Below the pieces are notes generated by a model that was not told the origin of the DNA, did no database searches, and saw only the letters and a list, made by a program, of their open reading frames with translations. A stretch of DNA of 64,000 nucleotides from an uncultured Candidatus Entotheonella sp. (GTDB lineage Bacteria > Tectomicrobia > Entotheonellia > Entotheonellales > Entotheonellaceae): the NCBI GenBank assembly GCA_965215335.1, contig CBDCDA010000001.1:416001-480000 (forward strand), written 5' to 3'. Shown here piece by piece: positions 9,526 through 21,195 of the stretch. Numbering within the stretch: the stretch's first letter is position 1; each line of letters starts with the position of its first letter. Position numbers and translations under genes: made by a program.

Positions 9526-11436
9526 ATGGCCGCGACGACCCTGCCGCACTACCTGCTGCACAACGCCCGCGAGTTTCCCCACCAGGTGGCCATGCGGGAA
9601 AAGGAGAAGGGTATCTGGCAGCAGTGGACCTGGCGCCAGTACCTCGACGAGGTGCGCGACCTGGCCCTTGGACTCACCGCATTGGGGTTCGAGCGGGGCG
9701 GCAAGCTGGCCATCCTGAGCGACAACCGGCCGCAGGTCTATTGGGCCATGGTGGCCGTGCAGGCACTCGGCGGCATGCCGGTGCCGCTGTACCAGGATTC
9801 CATCAGCCGGCAGCTGGCCTACGTCATCGACCACTCGGACGCCGCCATGGTGCTGGCCGAGGATCAGGAGCAGGTGGACAAGGTCCTGGAGCTGAAGGAC
9901 CGCCTGTCCAAGGTGCGCCGGGTGCTCTACGATGACCCCAGGGGCATGCGGCATTACGCTGATCCGTGGCTGACCAGCTTCATCGCCGTCCAGGAAAAGG
10001 GTCGTGAGCTGGGCCGGCAACAGCCGCAGCTTTTCGACGAGCACGTGTCGGCAGGACGAACCGACGACGGCGCGCTGATCTGCTACACCTCCGGCACGAC
10101 CGGGCAGCCCAAGGGCGCCATGCTGTCGCATGCCAACCTGATCACCGCGGTCGAGGGCATGCAGACCGTCGAGCCTTACTATCCCACCGACGAAACGCTG
10201 GCCTACCTGCCGCCCGCCTGGGTCGGCGATACCTTCTGGTCGCTGGCCGGCGCCCTGATGACGGGATGCCGGGTGAATTGCCCGGAACGCCCGGAGACGG
10301 TGCAGGCGAACATCCGGGAGATCGCCCCGCATTTCCTGGTGGCGCCGCCGCGCATCTGGGAGAATCTCGTCTCCGAGGTGCGCACCCGTATCGACGACGC
10401 CTCGTTTGTGAAGCGATGGCTGTTCCACAAGCTCATGCCGATCGGCGAGGACGTGGCCCGCAAGCGCATGGAGAAGGCGCCGGTGGGCGCCCTGCAGAAG
10501 GGCCTGCACAGGCTGGCGGAGTTCTTCGTTTTCGGCCCCCTGCGTGATCATCTCGGCTTTCGTCGCATCCGCTCGGCCTACACCGGCGGCGCGCCGCTCG
10601 GCCCGGAGACCTTCCTGTTTTTTCGCGCCCTCGGCATCAACCTCAAGCAGGTGTACGGCCAAACGGAATCCGGCGTGACCTGCGTGCAGCGCGATGACGA
10701 CGTGTCCCTGGGTACCGTCGGCAGACCGTTTCCCAACGTCGAGATGGCGGTGTCCGACGACGGCGAGGTGCTGGTGAACGGCCCGATGATCTTCAAGGGC
10801 TACTACAAGGACGAGGCTGCCACCGCCGCCGCCCTCAGGGACGGCTGGCTGTATTCGGGCGATGCCGGGTTCATCGACCCGAACGATCACCTGGTGGTCA
10901 TCGACCGCGCCAAGGACGTGACGGCGTTGACCGACGGCACCCGCTTCGCCCCGCAATTCATCGAGAACAAGCTGAAGTTCAGCCCGTACATCAAGGAGGC
11001 GGTGTCGTTCGGCCAGGACCGGCCGTACGTCGCCGTCATGGTTGATATCGACATGGAGAACGTCGGGCACTGGGCGGAAAAGAATCGCCTGGCGTACACC
11101 ACCTATACCGATCTGGCGCAAAAGCCCGAGATCTACGATCTCATCGGACTGGAGGTCGACCGCGTGAATCGCGACCTGCCCGGATCGACCCGTATCCGGC
11201 GCTTCGTGCTGCTGCACAAGGAGCTGGACGCCGACGACGAGGAGATCACCCGCACGCGCAAGGTGCGCCGCGGGCTGGTGGCGGAACGATACGCCGACAT
11301 CATTGCCGCCCTGTTCGCCGAGGCGGTCTCGACGGTGCCGGTAACTTCGGTCATCACGTATCAGGACGGGCGTCAGGCCACCCTGGAGACCACGCTGGCG
11401 ATTCGTGACGTCGGCAACGTTGTGGCCGAGGCATAG
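9526..11436 (+). CDS. Long-chain acyl-CoA synthetase (AMP-binding)
   Basis: YTSGTTGQPKG, YGQTE, SGDAG, ITRTRKVRR. Confidence 0.93.
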   Translation: MAATTLPHYLLHNAREFPHQVAMREKEKGIWQQWTWRQYLDEVRDLALGLTALGFERGGKLAILSDNRPQVYWAMVAVQALGGMPVPLYQDSISRQLAYVIDHSDAAMVLAEDQEQVDKVLELKDRLSKVRRVLYDDPRGMRHYADPWLTSFIAVQEKGRELGRQQPQLFDEHVSAGRTDDGALICYTSGTTGQPKGAMLSHANLITAVEGMQTVEPYYPTDETLAYLPPAWVGDTFWSLAGALMTGCRVNCPERPETVQANIREIAPHFLVAPPRIWENLVSEVRTRIDDASFVKRWLFHKLMPIGEDVARKRMEKAPVGALQKGLHRLAEFFVFGPLRDHLGFRRIRSAYTGGAPLGPETFLFFRALGINLKQVYGQTESGVTCVQRDDDVSLGTVGRPFPNVEMAVSDDGEVLVNGPMIFKGYYKDEAATAAALRDGWLYSGDAGFIDPNDHLVVIDRAKDVTALTDGTRFAPQFIENKLKFSPYIKEAVSFGQDRPYVAVMVDIDMENVGHWAEKNRLAYTTYTDLAQKPEIYDLIGLEVDRVNRDLPGSTRIRRFVLLHKELDADDEEITRTRKVRRGLVAERYADIIAALFAEAVSTVPVTSVITYQDGRQATLETTLAIRDVGNVVAEA

Positions 11437-11447
11437 GGGAGGGGGAC

Positions 11448-12332
11448 GTGGAATTCCTGTTCGATCTGACCGCCAACGGCCTGCTGGTGGGGCTCATGTA
11501 CGCCCTGGTGGCGCTGGGCTTCGTGCTCATATACAAGGCCACCAGCGTCATCAACTTTGCGCAGGGCGACCTGCTGATGCTTGCCGGCTATGCCGCCGCG
11601 GTGATGACCGGCGGGCACGGCATGCCCCTGTGGGCCATGGTGCTGGTGTTGTGTGCCGGCATGGTGGTGCTGGGCTTCGTGCTGGAGCGCGGCATCCTTC
11701 GCCCGATGGTCGGGCAGCCGGTGGTGTCGGTCATCATGGTGACCATCGGCCTGAGCTTCGTGCTGCAGGGGCTGGTTACGATCGTATGGGGCGCCAACAC
11801 GCGAGAGTTGGCCCTGCCGGTTCGGTTTGATCCGTACATCGTCGGACCCGTTTACATCTCGCCGATCAACCTGGTGGCCGCCGTCATCGCCATTTTGTTC
11901 CTGGTTGCCTTCGGCGTGTTCTTCACGCGCAGCCGCTTGGGGGTGGCCATGCGGGCGGTGGCCGACGACCAGCAGGCGTCGATGGTGGTGGGCATCAAGG
12001 TGCCACGCGTGTTCGCGCTGTCGTGGGCCATCGCCGGGCTGGCGGCTGCCGCGGGCGGCATCATCTGGGGCAACCAGATCGGCGTGGACACCTTCCTGGC
12101 CCTGGTCGGCCTCAAGGTCTTTCCGGTGGTCATTCTCGGTGGCCTGGACAGTATCGGTGGCGCCATCATCGGCGGCTTGCTCATGGGCGTCATCGAGAGC
12201 CTGGCGGCCGGTTACCTCGACCCCCTGGTGGGTGGCGGCACGAAGGATTTTGTTCCCTACGTGCTGATGATCCTGGTGCTGTTCGTGCGGCCATACGGCC
12301 TTTTCGGCCACGAGACGATCGAGCGGGTGTAG
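11448..12332 (+). CDS. Liv-type ABC permease (LivH-like)
   Basis: YALVALGFVLIYKAT.VINFAQG, LGGLDS, VRPYGLFG. Confidence 0.93.
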   Translation: MEFLFDLTANGLLVGLMYALVALGFVLIYKATSVINFAQGDLLMLAGYAAAVMTGGHGMPLWAMVLVLCAGMVVLGFVLERGILRPMVGQPVVSVIMVTIGLSFVLQGLVTIVWGANTRELALPVRFDPYIVGPVYISPINLVAAVIAILFLVAFGVFFTRSRLGVAMRAVADDQQASMVVGIKVPRVFALSWAIAGLAAAAGGIIWGNQIGVDTFLALVGLKVFPVVILGGLDSIGGAIIGGLLMGVIESLAAGYLDPLVGGGTKDFVPYVLMILVLFVRPYGLFGHETIERV

Positions 12333-12337
12333 GTAGA

Positions 12338-13420
12338 GTGATCAACCGGGAAGCGGGCGTATTCCAGACGAGCTACGAGGGCGACATGGCCCTCTACACG
12401 CTGCCGCTGGCCAGGAACACCACGCGGGTGGTGGTGGCGTTGCTGGTGCTGCTGCCCGTCCCGCTGATGATGGCGAACAACGAGCACCTGATGAGCATCG
12501 TCACCACCATCGCCCTGGCCGCCATCGGCGCCATCGGCCTGAACCTCCTGGTCGGCTATACCGGTCAGATCTCCATCGGTCAGGGCGCCTTCATGATGGT
12601 CGGGGGATACACCGCCGCCATCCTGTCGAGCCGCTACGGCATGCCGTTCTGGTTCGGCATCCTGGCGGGCGGCTGCACGACCGCTCTGGTCGGCGTTCTG
12701 TTCGGCATTCCGTCCCTGCGCATCAAGGGCCTGTACCTGGCCATCGCCACCCTGGCGGCACAGCTCATCATCGAGTGGACCATCAACCACGTGCCGTGGA
12801 TCAGTGGCGGCACGCAGTCCTCCATCTACGTCGACAACCCGGTGCTGTTCGGCTTCGAGTTCAACACCGAATTCCGGCGCTATTACCTGGTGCTGGTGGT
12901 CTTCCTGCTGGCCTTCTTCGGAGCCCAGAACCTGGTGCGGTCGCGCATCGGGCGCGCCTTCATCGCCATCCGCGACCGCGACATCGCGGCGCAGATCATT
13001 GGCGTCAACCTCTTTCGCTACAAGCTTCTGGCCTTTGCCGTCAGTTCGTTCTACGCTGGCGTCGCGGGGGCGCTGTGGACCTACTACCTGCGCATCGCCA
13101 ACTACGAGAATTTTGTTCTGGTGGTGTCGATCGAATACCTCGCGATGATCATCATCGGCGGCTTGGGCAGCGTCCTGGGAGCGGTCTTCGGGGCCATTTT
13201 CATCAAGCTGTTCCCCATCGCCCTGGACCTGACGGTGGTGAGCGTTTCAGAGGGCGTTTTCGGCATTCCATACCAGGACGTGGCCAATTTCCTGGCCAAC
13301 ATGCAGTTGTTCCTGTTCGGCGCCTTGATCATCTTTTTCCTCACCGTCGAGCCGGAGGGGCTGGCTCGCATGTGGGAGCACGTCAAACGGTATTTCCGAT
13401 TGTGGCCCTACTCGTACTGA
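12338..13420 (+). CDS. Liv-type ABC permease (LivM-like)
   Basis: GLNLLVGYTGQISIGQ, GLYLAIATLA, EPEGL; GTG start at 12338. Confidence 0.92.
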   Translation: MINREAGVFQTSYEGDMALYTLPLARNTTRVVVALLVLLPVPLMMANNEHLMSIVTTIALAAIGAIGLNLLVGYTGQISIGQGAFMMVGGYTAAILSSRYGMPFWFGILAGGCTTALVGVLFGIPSLRIKGLYLAIATLAAQLIIEWTINHVPWISGGTQSSIYVDNPVLFGFEFNTEFRRYYLVLVVFLLAFFGAQNLVRSRIGRAFIAIRDRDIAAQIIGVNLFRYKLLAFAVSSFYAGVAGALWTYYLRIANYENFVLVVSIEYLAMIIIGGLGSVLGAVFGAIFIKLFPIALDLTVVSVSEGVFGIPYQDVANFLANMQLFLFGALIIFFLTVEPEGLARMWEHVKRYFRLWPYSY

Positions 13421-13482
13421 GGCGCTGGGTCGGAGAGGGTAGGTCACGTCGGGCAAACCTGCTTGCAGAGAGGAGAGCTTCC

Positions 13483-14722
13483 ATGCAGTCGCGTTGCGCT
13501 ACGAAACGGCTCGGTGTTTTGGGGGTGCTGGCGGTACTGCTCGGCGCGGGGGGACTGTTGTCGGCTGGCGCCGATGAGATCGTGGTAGGCGGGCAGTGCG
13601 ACCGCACCGGCCCGACGAAGTTCATCGGCACGCTGCTGTGCCCCGGCGCCAACGACTACATCAGGCTGGTCAACAAGAAGGGTGGCATCGATGGGCATAC
13701 GGTGCGCTACATCGAGGTGGAGCATGCCTACAAGGTCGATCGCGGCGTCGAGGCTTACGAACGCATCAAGCGCGAGGGGGGGGGTGGCGACGGTTGATTA
13801 CGGTACGCCGATCGTGTACGCGCTGACGCCGCGGCACATGGAAGACAGGATTCCGGGCCTGACGCCGGGATTCGGGCGCGCCGATGCGGCGGACGGGGAG
13901 CGTTTCCCGTATATCTTCCCGGTGGCGGCCTCGTACTGGTCGCAGGCGGCGGCGGCGATGCAGTACATCAAGGACCAGGGGGCCGCGGCGGGCGCCAAGG
14001 TCGCGTATATCTACTACGACAATCCCGCCGGACGCGAGCCGCTGCCCATTGTCAGGCGCATCTGCGATCAGGAAGGCTACGGCTGCCGCGAGTTTGCGGT
14101 GCCGCCGCCGGGCGTCGAGATGGCCGCCGCGGTCCTGGACATCACGCGTCGCATGCGGGCCGAGTGGGTGGTCTCGCACCTGTTCGGCAAGGCGCCGGCC
14201 ATTTCCATCCGCGAGTTTCGCAAGAACGGCTTCCCGCTCAACAAGGTGGTCAGCCTGGTGTGGGGCGCCGGCGAGCTGGACATGATCGCCGCCGGCTGGA
14301 ACAACGCGCAGGGTTACCTGGGGATGCAGTTTGCCGGGGTCGGGCGCGATTTTCCCGTCATTCGCGAGATCATCGGCATGTATGAGGCAGAAGGACGGAC
14401 GGTGCCGGAGATGGTCGGTCAGGTGTACTACAACCGCGGCGTCTTCACCGCGGCGGTCATCGTCGAAGGGTTGCGTCTGGCGGTGGAGAACTTCGGCCTG
14501 CCAGTGACCGGAGAGAAGGTGAAGATGGGCTACGAGCGTATCACCGACTTCACCCTGGGCGGCTTCCTGCCGCCCCTCAGCGTCACCGCGCAGGATCACG
14601 AGGGCGGCGGCTGGGTGCGCATTTACGAGACCAAGGGCGAGGCCCTGGTGCCGCACACCGAATGGTTTCGGGGTTATCGCGACATCGTGATCGACGAGGT
14701 CAGAAAGGCGGCGGCGGAGTAG
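13483..14722 (+). CDS. Liv-type ABC substrate-binding protein, frameshifted at the G9 run 13776-13784
   Basis: Signal peptide and DRTGPT N-terminus in one frame; VATVDYGTP...YNRG C-terminus in another. Removing one G restores REGGVA. Confidence 0.85.
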
Positions 14723-14750
14723 GGCGCACGAGCGGGGGGCCTGTCCGGCC

Positions 14751-15545
<795 letters not shown>

Positions 15546-15663
15546 CCGGCGCTTGCGGCGCGTCGGGCGCAATTCGACTTGTCACCGTCGGGTCGGCGGC
15601 GTAGAGTAAGGTGCCTGTTTTTCCGAAGTTCTTATCTGTTGCCGGGACAAAAAGGATTCCACG

Positions 15664-16647
15664 ATGGTAACCGAAGCCACCCCCCTGGAGAGGCCGAAGG
15701 CGAGGGCCAGCCTTTGGCGACGCCTGCTCGCCTTCGGCGGTGCGGACGTGGCCACGGGCTACGCGTTCGTCTTGCCGGCCTTCGGCTGGATCGCCCTGCT
15801 GGTGGCGATGCCGTTCTGCATCGCGCTGGCCTACAGCGTCAGCAATGCCTGGATCGATACGGAATGGGTCTGGGCGGAATTCCTGGGCTTCCGAGAGGGG
15901 GAACTGGCGTTTGTGGGGCTGGACAATTTCATCGAGTTGTTCGGCGACGGTATCTTCCTGCAGACGCTGCAGAATTCCATTGTATTCTCGACCGCCTCGG
16001 TGGCCCTGAAAGCCGTCCTGGGCCTCACCCTGGCGCTGCTGCTGAACCGCACCCTGCGCTTCAACAAGGTCATCCGCGGGGCGCTGTTGCTGCCCTTCGT
16101 GGTGCCGACTGCCCTCAGCACCCTGGGGTGGTGGTGGATGTTCGACTCGCTGTACAGCGTCATCAACTGGACGCTGGTGCACCTCAATCTGGCGGAACGC
16201 GGCCCGGCGTGGTTGTCCAATCCGTATCTGGCCATGCTGTCCGTCATCATCGTCAACACCTGGCGCGGCCTGCCGTTCTTCGCCATCACGGTGCTGGCCG
16301 GTCTGGTGTCGATTCCCAACGAACTGTACGAGGCCGCCGAAACGGACGGCGCTGCGGCGCTGCGGCGCTTCTGGCACATCACGCTGCCGCTGCTGCGCCC
16401 GGTGCTGGCCGTCGTGGTGCTGTTCTCGACGATCTTCACGCTGGCCGAGTTCAACATCATCTTCGTGCTCACCCGGGGCGGCCCGGAAAACATGACGCAC
16501 CTCTTTTCCACCCTGTCGTACACCTACGGGCTGATCGGCGGGCAACTCGGGTCCGGTGCCGCCATCTCGTTGTTTCTGTTCCCCTTCATGCTGGTGATCG
16601 TCTACTTTCAGTTGAAGCTGATTCGCCGGGATACGACGTACGATTAG
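15664..16647 (+). CDS. Carbohydrate ABC permease
   Basis: FVGLDNF, LYEAAETDGA (EAA motif), TRGGP. Confidence 0.93.
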   Translation: MVTEATPLERPKARASLWRRLLAFGGADVATGYAFVLPAFGWIALLVAMPFCIALAYSVSNAWIDTEWVWAEFLGFREGELAFVGLDNFIELFGDGIFLQTLQNSIVFSTASVALKAVLGLTLALLLNRTLRFNKVIRGALLLPFVVPTALSTLGWWWMFDSLYSVINWTLVHLNLAERGPAWLSNPYLAMLSVIIVNTWRGLPFFAITVLAGLVSIPNELYEAAETDGAAALRRFWHITLPLLRPVLAVVVLFSTIFTLAEFNIIFVLTRGGPENMTHLFSTLSYTYGLIGGQLGSGAAISLFLFPFMLVIVYFQLKLIRRDTTYD

Positions 16648-16798
16648 TGGGTCAGCGTGCCCGGGGAGGCAAGCTGATGCCGTTGATTGACACGTCGGTA
16701 CTCGAGACCGACCTGCTTGACGGCGGCATGCCGGAGTCGCAAGCAGCGGCTTTGGTGTTTGGCAAGCTGTTCTTTACGTAAGGGAAAGGAACCCCGGA

Positions 16799-17968
16799 AT
16801 GTGGCCCTCGGCACCATCGATTCATCTCGTTGGCACGGCGTTCGCGCTATTGCACGTGCTCGCCGGTATCGCCGCCGGGCAGCCCTTTGTGGTGGCGCTC
16901 GGCGCCATCGGCGTGCTGTTGGCCTATGGCCTGTGGCGCCGCAGTGATTCCGTGCGCCTGGGGAGCATCGTGCTGCTGACGCTGTACGTGGTCATGCGGC
17001 TGATTCTGGGCGTGTTCGCCTGGCGCGACGCGGGGGCGGCGGTGCAGGTGCCGAATATCGTGGCCATCCTCGGGTCGCTGTACCTGATTCTGGCCTTGGG
17101 GCGTCTGGGCACGGCGTTCGCCAGCAAGCGCGACATGTGGCTGGGGGTGTTTATCTCGAAGTACCTGCCGCTGTTGCCGTACCTGTTTTTCGCCCTGTTC
17201 CCGCTGTACTTCATGATGGTCACGTCGCTGAAGACGGACAATGAATTGTACGACCTGGAGGCGGTGCCGTTCTGGATCACCGGCGCCGGGTTCACGGTCG
17301 GCAACTACGGCTACCTGTTCGAAGAGACGCCGTATGTGGTGTGGCTGGTCAATACGCTGAAGGTGTCCATCAGCGCCACGGCCATCTCGGTGGCAATTGC
17401 CATCCTGGCCGCCTACGCCCTCGCCCGTCTGCGCTTCCGGGGCGCCGAGACGTTTGGCGTGGCGGTGTTCGTCACCTACCTGGTGCCGCCGTCACTGCTG
17501 TTCCTGCCCCTGGCGCGGGTGGTCGACAGCCTCGGCCTGTCGGACCGCACGCTGGCGCTGATTGTCACCTATCCAACCTTTTTGATTCCCTTCTGCACCT
17601 GGCTGTTGATGGGCTACTTCCGCACCATTCCCAAGGAAATCGAGGAATGCGCCATGATCGATGGCTGCAACCGCATCCAGGCCCTGTTGCGCATCGTTCT
17701 CCCCATGGCCGTGCCGGGCATCATCTGCGCCGTCCTGTTCGGCTTCACCCTGTCCTGGAACGAGTTTCTCTACTCCTTGGTGTTCATCTCCACCACTGGC
17801 GCCAAAACCATCTCCGTGGGTGTCATCTCCGAGCTCATTCGGGGCGACATCTACTACTGGGGCCAGCTCATGGCCGGTGCCATGGTCGGCTCCATTCCCA
17901 TTGTCGTTGCCTACGTCTTCTTCATGGATTACTACGTCTCCGGCCTCACCGCGGGAGCGGTCAAGTAG
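16799..17968 (+). CDS. Carbohydrate ABC permease with extra N-terminal TM segments
   Basis: IPKEIEECAMIDG, SWNEFL, SGLTAGAVK. Confidence 0.9.
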   Translation: MWPSAPSIHLVGTAFALLHVLAGIAAGQPFVVALGAIGVLLAYGLWRRSDSVRLGSIVLLTLYVVMRLILGVFAWRDAGAAVQVPNIVAILGSLYLILALGRLGTAFASKRDMWLGVFISKYLPLLPYLFFALFPLYFMMVTSLKTDNELYDLEAVPFWITGAGFTVGNYGYLFEETPYVVWLVNTLKVSISATAISVAIAILAAYALARLRFRGAETFGVAVFVTYLVPPSLLFLPLARVVDSLGLSDRTLALIVTYPTFLIPFCTWLLMGYFRTIPKEIEECAMIDGCNRIQALLRIVLPMAVPGIICAVLFGFTLSWNEFLYSLVFISTTGAKTISVGVISELIRGDIYYWGQLMAGAMVGSIPIVVAYVFFMDYYVSGLTAGAVK

Positions 17969-17994
17969 GTCGGATCAGCCGAGCGTCTACGAGT

Positions 17995-19542
17995 CTACGA
18001 CAGCGACTTGATCCAGGCCGTGCGGTAGTCCTGCGGGGTGATGGCCTTTTCCAGCAGGGCGATGGTGTCGATGACGAGGGAGCGTTGGGGTTCAGCAAGC
18101 CCGTGACTGACTTCGTGGAGAATGTTACGGACGATGTTCCAGTTCTCCGTCAGCTTGAAGGACCTGACGTCAGCCTCAAGGGCTTCGACGAGCGTGGTGC
18201 ATTGGCGCCGCAGACCGGCGGGGTTCTTGCCATCGCAGGCCTGGGCGAAAATGACGATGGCGGTCAGCCAGATCTTGCCGCCCCAGCCGGCCCATTGGAT
18301 ACCGCGGCCGGCGGCTTGCGCGGCAGCCTGCCACTGCCGGGCGGCGAGGCGGGCAAAGGCCAGCGCGAGGTGGTTGCTGACGTGACCGGAGTAGCGCTCG
18401 ATGGCGCCCTGCGCCTTCTTGACGGCGTCGTCAAAGCGCCGCAGCTGCACCAGAACGCGGCTTTCGGCGGCAAGGAGATGGGCGTGGAACTTGACGGGGA
18501 TGTTGGCCAGCCCATCCTCGTAGGCGTCAAGAGCCTGGTGCAGCGCCTTGTGCGCCTCGGGCCTTGAGGCGGTTTGGCTGGCGCGCCGCTGGTAGAGCGC
18601 GCCGCGCAGCCGGTAGATGTTGTAATCCTTGCGGTTCTTGCTCTGCACGGTGGCCAGGTCGCGGATCACCAGGTCTTCGTCCTCGGGCAGGCCGCGGCGG
18701 AAATATGCCTCGGCGCGGCTGACGAAGCACCCCACGTCCGCCGGGTTGCGATTCAGCCCCTCGGTGGCGAGCTCAATTGCATTCTCGTAGTTGCCGGTAC
18801 GCGTTTCGAGATCGAGGAGCTGGTAACGCACGGCGCTGTTGTAGGGATTCAGTTCCAGCGCCTCGCCCAACGTCTGCTTGGCGTTCTGCGGCTCCATCTC
18901 GCTCTGCACGGCACCCAGGGCCATGAGGTCTTCCTGCCGCCGCTCGCCCCGCGCCTTGATCATCTGCAGCAGGTGCGCCTCAGCGTCGGCATGGCGTCCC
19001 AGGGCTTGTTCGCACTGTGCCACCAGCGACAACTGCGCGGTGTCGTTGTCCGTGAGGCCGGCGAGCAGGTGGGGCAGGGCCTCGGGGTAGCGCCTGGCGC
19101 CGTGCAACGCCTCACCCAGCGCCCAGCGCCCGGCGCGGTGCTCGGGGTGCTGCGCGACGGCGCTTTGCAGCGCCTTGACGGCGTCCTCGGGGCGGCGCTG
19201 CCACAGCAGGATCTTGCCGGGCAGCAGCCATTCATAATGCGCCAGCGTCTCCCGCAACTCAGCCACTGCCTGGCTGTTTTGCAAGGTTTTCTCGGTGACC
19301 CGCATCAGCCGGGTATCCGTGCCGGACCACCGCTCCTGGGTTGCCTGTTCGACGTTCGTCAGCAGGTGTTCCAGACGTCGGACGCGACAGAACGACACAC
19401 CCACTAGCGCCACGACCAGAAAAGCCGGCAGGGTGAAGGGGGCTACGGAAGGAATGAGGTACGTGAGGGGGTCGCTGCCCAATGCACTGGCAAGCGTGAC
19501 AAAGGCCGTCAGGAACAACAGGATGAATTGAAGCCGTCGCAT
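17995..19542 (-). CDS. Membrane-anchored TPR-repeat protein
   Basis: Two N-terminal hydrophobic segments followed by TPR-like helices (ALELNPYN, GLNRNPAD). Start uncertain (19542 or 19584). Confidence 0.75.
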   Translation of the reverse strand: MRRLQFILLFLTAFVTLASALGSDPLTYLIPSVAPFTLPAFLVVALVGVSFCRVRRLEHLLTNVEQATQERWSGTDTRLMRVTEKTLQNSQAVAELRETLAHYEWLLPGKILLWQRRPEDAVKALQSAVAQHPEHRAGRWALGEALHGARRYPEALPHLLAGLTDNDTAQLSLVAQCEQALGRHADAEAHLLQMIKARGERRQEDLMALGAVQSEMEPQNAKQTLGEALELNPYNSAVRYQLLDLETRTGNYENAIELATEGLNRNPADVGCFVSRAEAYFRRGLPEDEDLVIRDLATVQSKNRKDYNIYRLRGALYQRRASQTASRPEAHKALHQALDAYEDGLANIPVKFHAHLLAAESRVLVQLRRFDDAVKKAQGAIERYSGHVSNHLALAFARLAARQWQAAAQAAGRGIQWAGWGGKIWLTAIVIFAQACDGKNPAGLRRQCTTLVEALEADVRSFKLTENWNIVRNILHEVSHGLAEPQRSLVIDTIALLEKAITPQDYRTAWIKSLS

Positions 19543-19800
19543 GATCCGCCTTATTGGGACTTGCTTCCCCAATTGCCTATTCACGAATTGTCAAGTAAAC
19601 AGCCTGCCTATTCTAACACACCGCAGTGCGGGTTCATACACCCCCGAGACGGGCAAGCCACTCATAGGTGGCAAGGTTGCTTTTTCTTTCCCTCGTGGGC
19701 GATTTTGATATATGGTGACGGCAACGTGGCCGCCCTGTCGCGGTAGCGGGGTCAGGCTGCCAAGTTGTGACGTCTTACCCATCCAAGGAAGGAGCTTTGC

Positions 19801-20871
19801 ATGAGGCACATGGATATTCGACGCATTGGACCGATCTGGGGCCTGCTCATTGCAGTCGGCCTTGTATTCGGCGCCACGGCCATGGCTCAGGACGCCATGC
19901 CGACGGGTGAGCCCGGCTTCCTGGCTGACGGGGCCGAGCTGGAATTGCTGGTGAACGGCAACGACCACGGCATCGTGTTCACCGAAGGCGCCGCCGTGAG
20001 TTGTGACGGCATGGTGTATTTCAGCGACATCACCTTCACCGCAGGGTCGAAGACGCCGCGCGGCGGGCTGCTGGCCGGGGTGATCTGGAAGTACAACCCG
20101 GGCACCGGGGATCTGAGCGTGTATCGCTCTCCCAGTGGCATGTCCAACGGCATCAAGTTTGATGCGAATTGCGACATGATCAATGCGGAAGGGGCGGACT
20201 ACGGCGGCCGCCGTATCATTCGCACCAACATGAAGACGGGCGTGGCCGAAGTCATCGCCGGCCTGTTCCGTGGCCAGCCGTTCAACGCCCCCAACGACAT
20301 CAGCATCGACGAGCAGGGCCGGATTTACTTCAGCGACCCGCGCTATCTCGGCCACGAGCCGGTGATGCAGGCCACCATGGCCGTGTACCGCATCGACACC
20401 GATGGCTCGGTGCACCGAGTGATCACCGACGCCGGCAAGCCCAACGGTGTGGCGGTGTCGCCGGATCAGAAATCGCTCTACGTGGTGAGCAACGACAACG
20501 GCGCGCTGGACCTCTTCCGGCTCGATGAGGGCGAGGGCAGCGTCAAGGGTCGCATGGCGTTGATGGCCTACGACCTGGCGGAAGACGGCAGCGCCGAATT
20601 CCGCAAGGTGCTCGTCGATTACGCCCCCGAGGACGGCCCCGACGGTCTGGTAATGGATACGGAAGGCAACCTGTGGGTGGCGTGCCGAGACCTTACCCGG
20701 CCGGGCATCTATGCCTACGATCCGGACGGGATCGAGAAAGCCTACATCCCGACACCGGTTCCCACCAACGTCGGCTTTGGACGCGGTGAGAACAGCAATG
20801 TTCTCTACATCACTGCCGCCAACAACCTCTACCGCATCACCGTCGGGAAACAGGGCTATCACCTGCCCTAG
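19801..20871 (+). CDS. SMP-30/gluconolactonase/LRE family secreted protein
   Basis: Signal peptide, FTEG, YFSDI, SNG, PND, PNG, PDG motifs. Confidence 0.92.
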   Translation: MRHMDIRRIGPIWGLLIAVGLVFGATAMAQDAMPTGEPGFLADGAELELLVNGNDHGIVFTEGAAVSCDGMVYFSDITFTAGSKTPRGGLLAGVIWKYNPGTGDLSVYRSPSGMSNGIKFDANCDMINAEGADYGGRRIIRTNMKTGVAEVIAGLFRGQPFNAPNDISIDEQGRIYFSDPRYLGHEPVMQATMAVYRIDTDGSVHRVITDAGKPNGVAVSPDQKSLYVVSNDNGALDLFRLDEGEGSVKGRMALMAYDLAEDGSAEFRKVLVDYAPEDGPDGLVMDTEGNLWVACRDLTRPGIYAYDPDGIEKAYIPTPVPTNVGFGRGENSNVLYITAANNLYRITVGKQGYHLP

Positions 20872-21195
20872 GACGCCGCGAACCCTATACGTCCTATACA
20901 TCTGCCACGATTCCCCCGACCGGCAAGATTCGGGGATCGTGGCAGTTCATTGTATCCGTCAACGCTGCCCGAGATATCATGGAGAAGGGAGAAGGCGTCA
21001 AAATGCTTACCTCCTCCGAATGTTCCAAGTCTTTACCATTGTCTCTGCTGGCATTCGCATGCCGGAATCCAGCGACCTTCAGCGCCCGCCTTTGCTCACC
21101 GACATGCCCGTCGACCGCCAGACAGGTCGCACCGAGACGATTCATCACGCCAGAGAGTAAAACGGTTACTTCACCTGTCGCAACAGGAGAGGACG

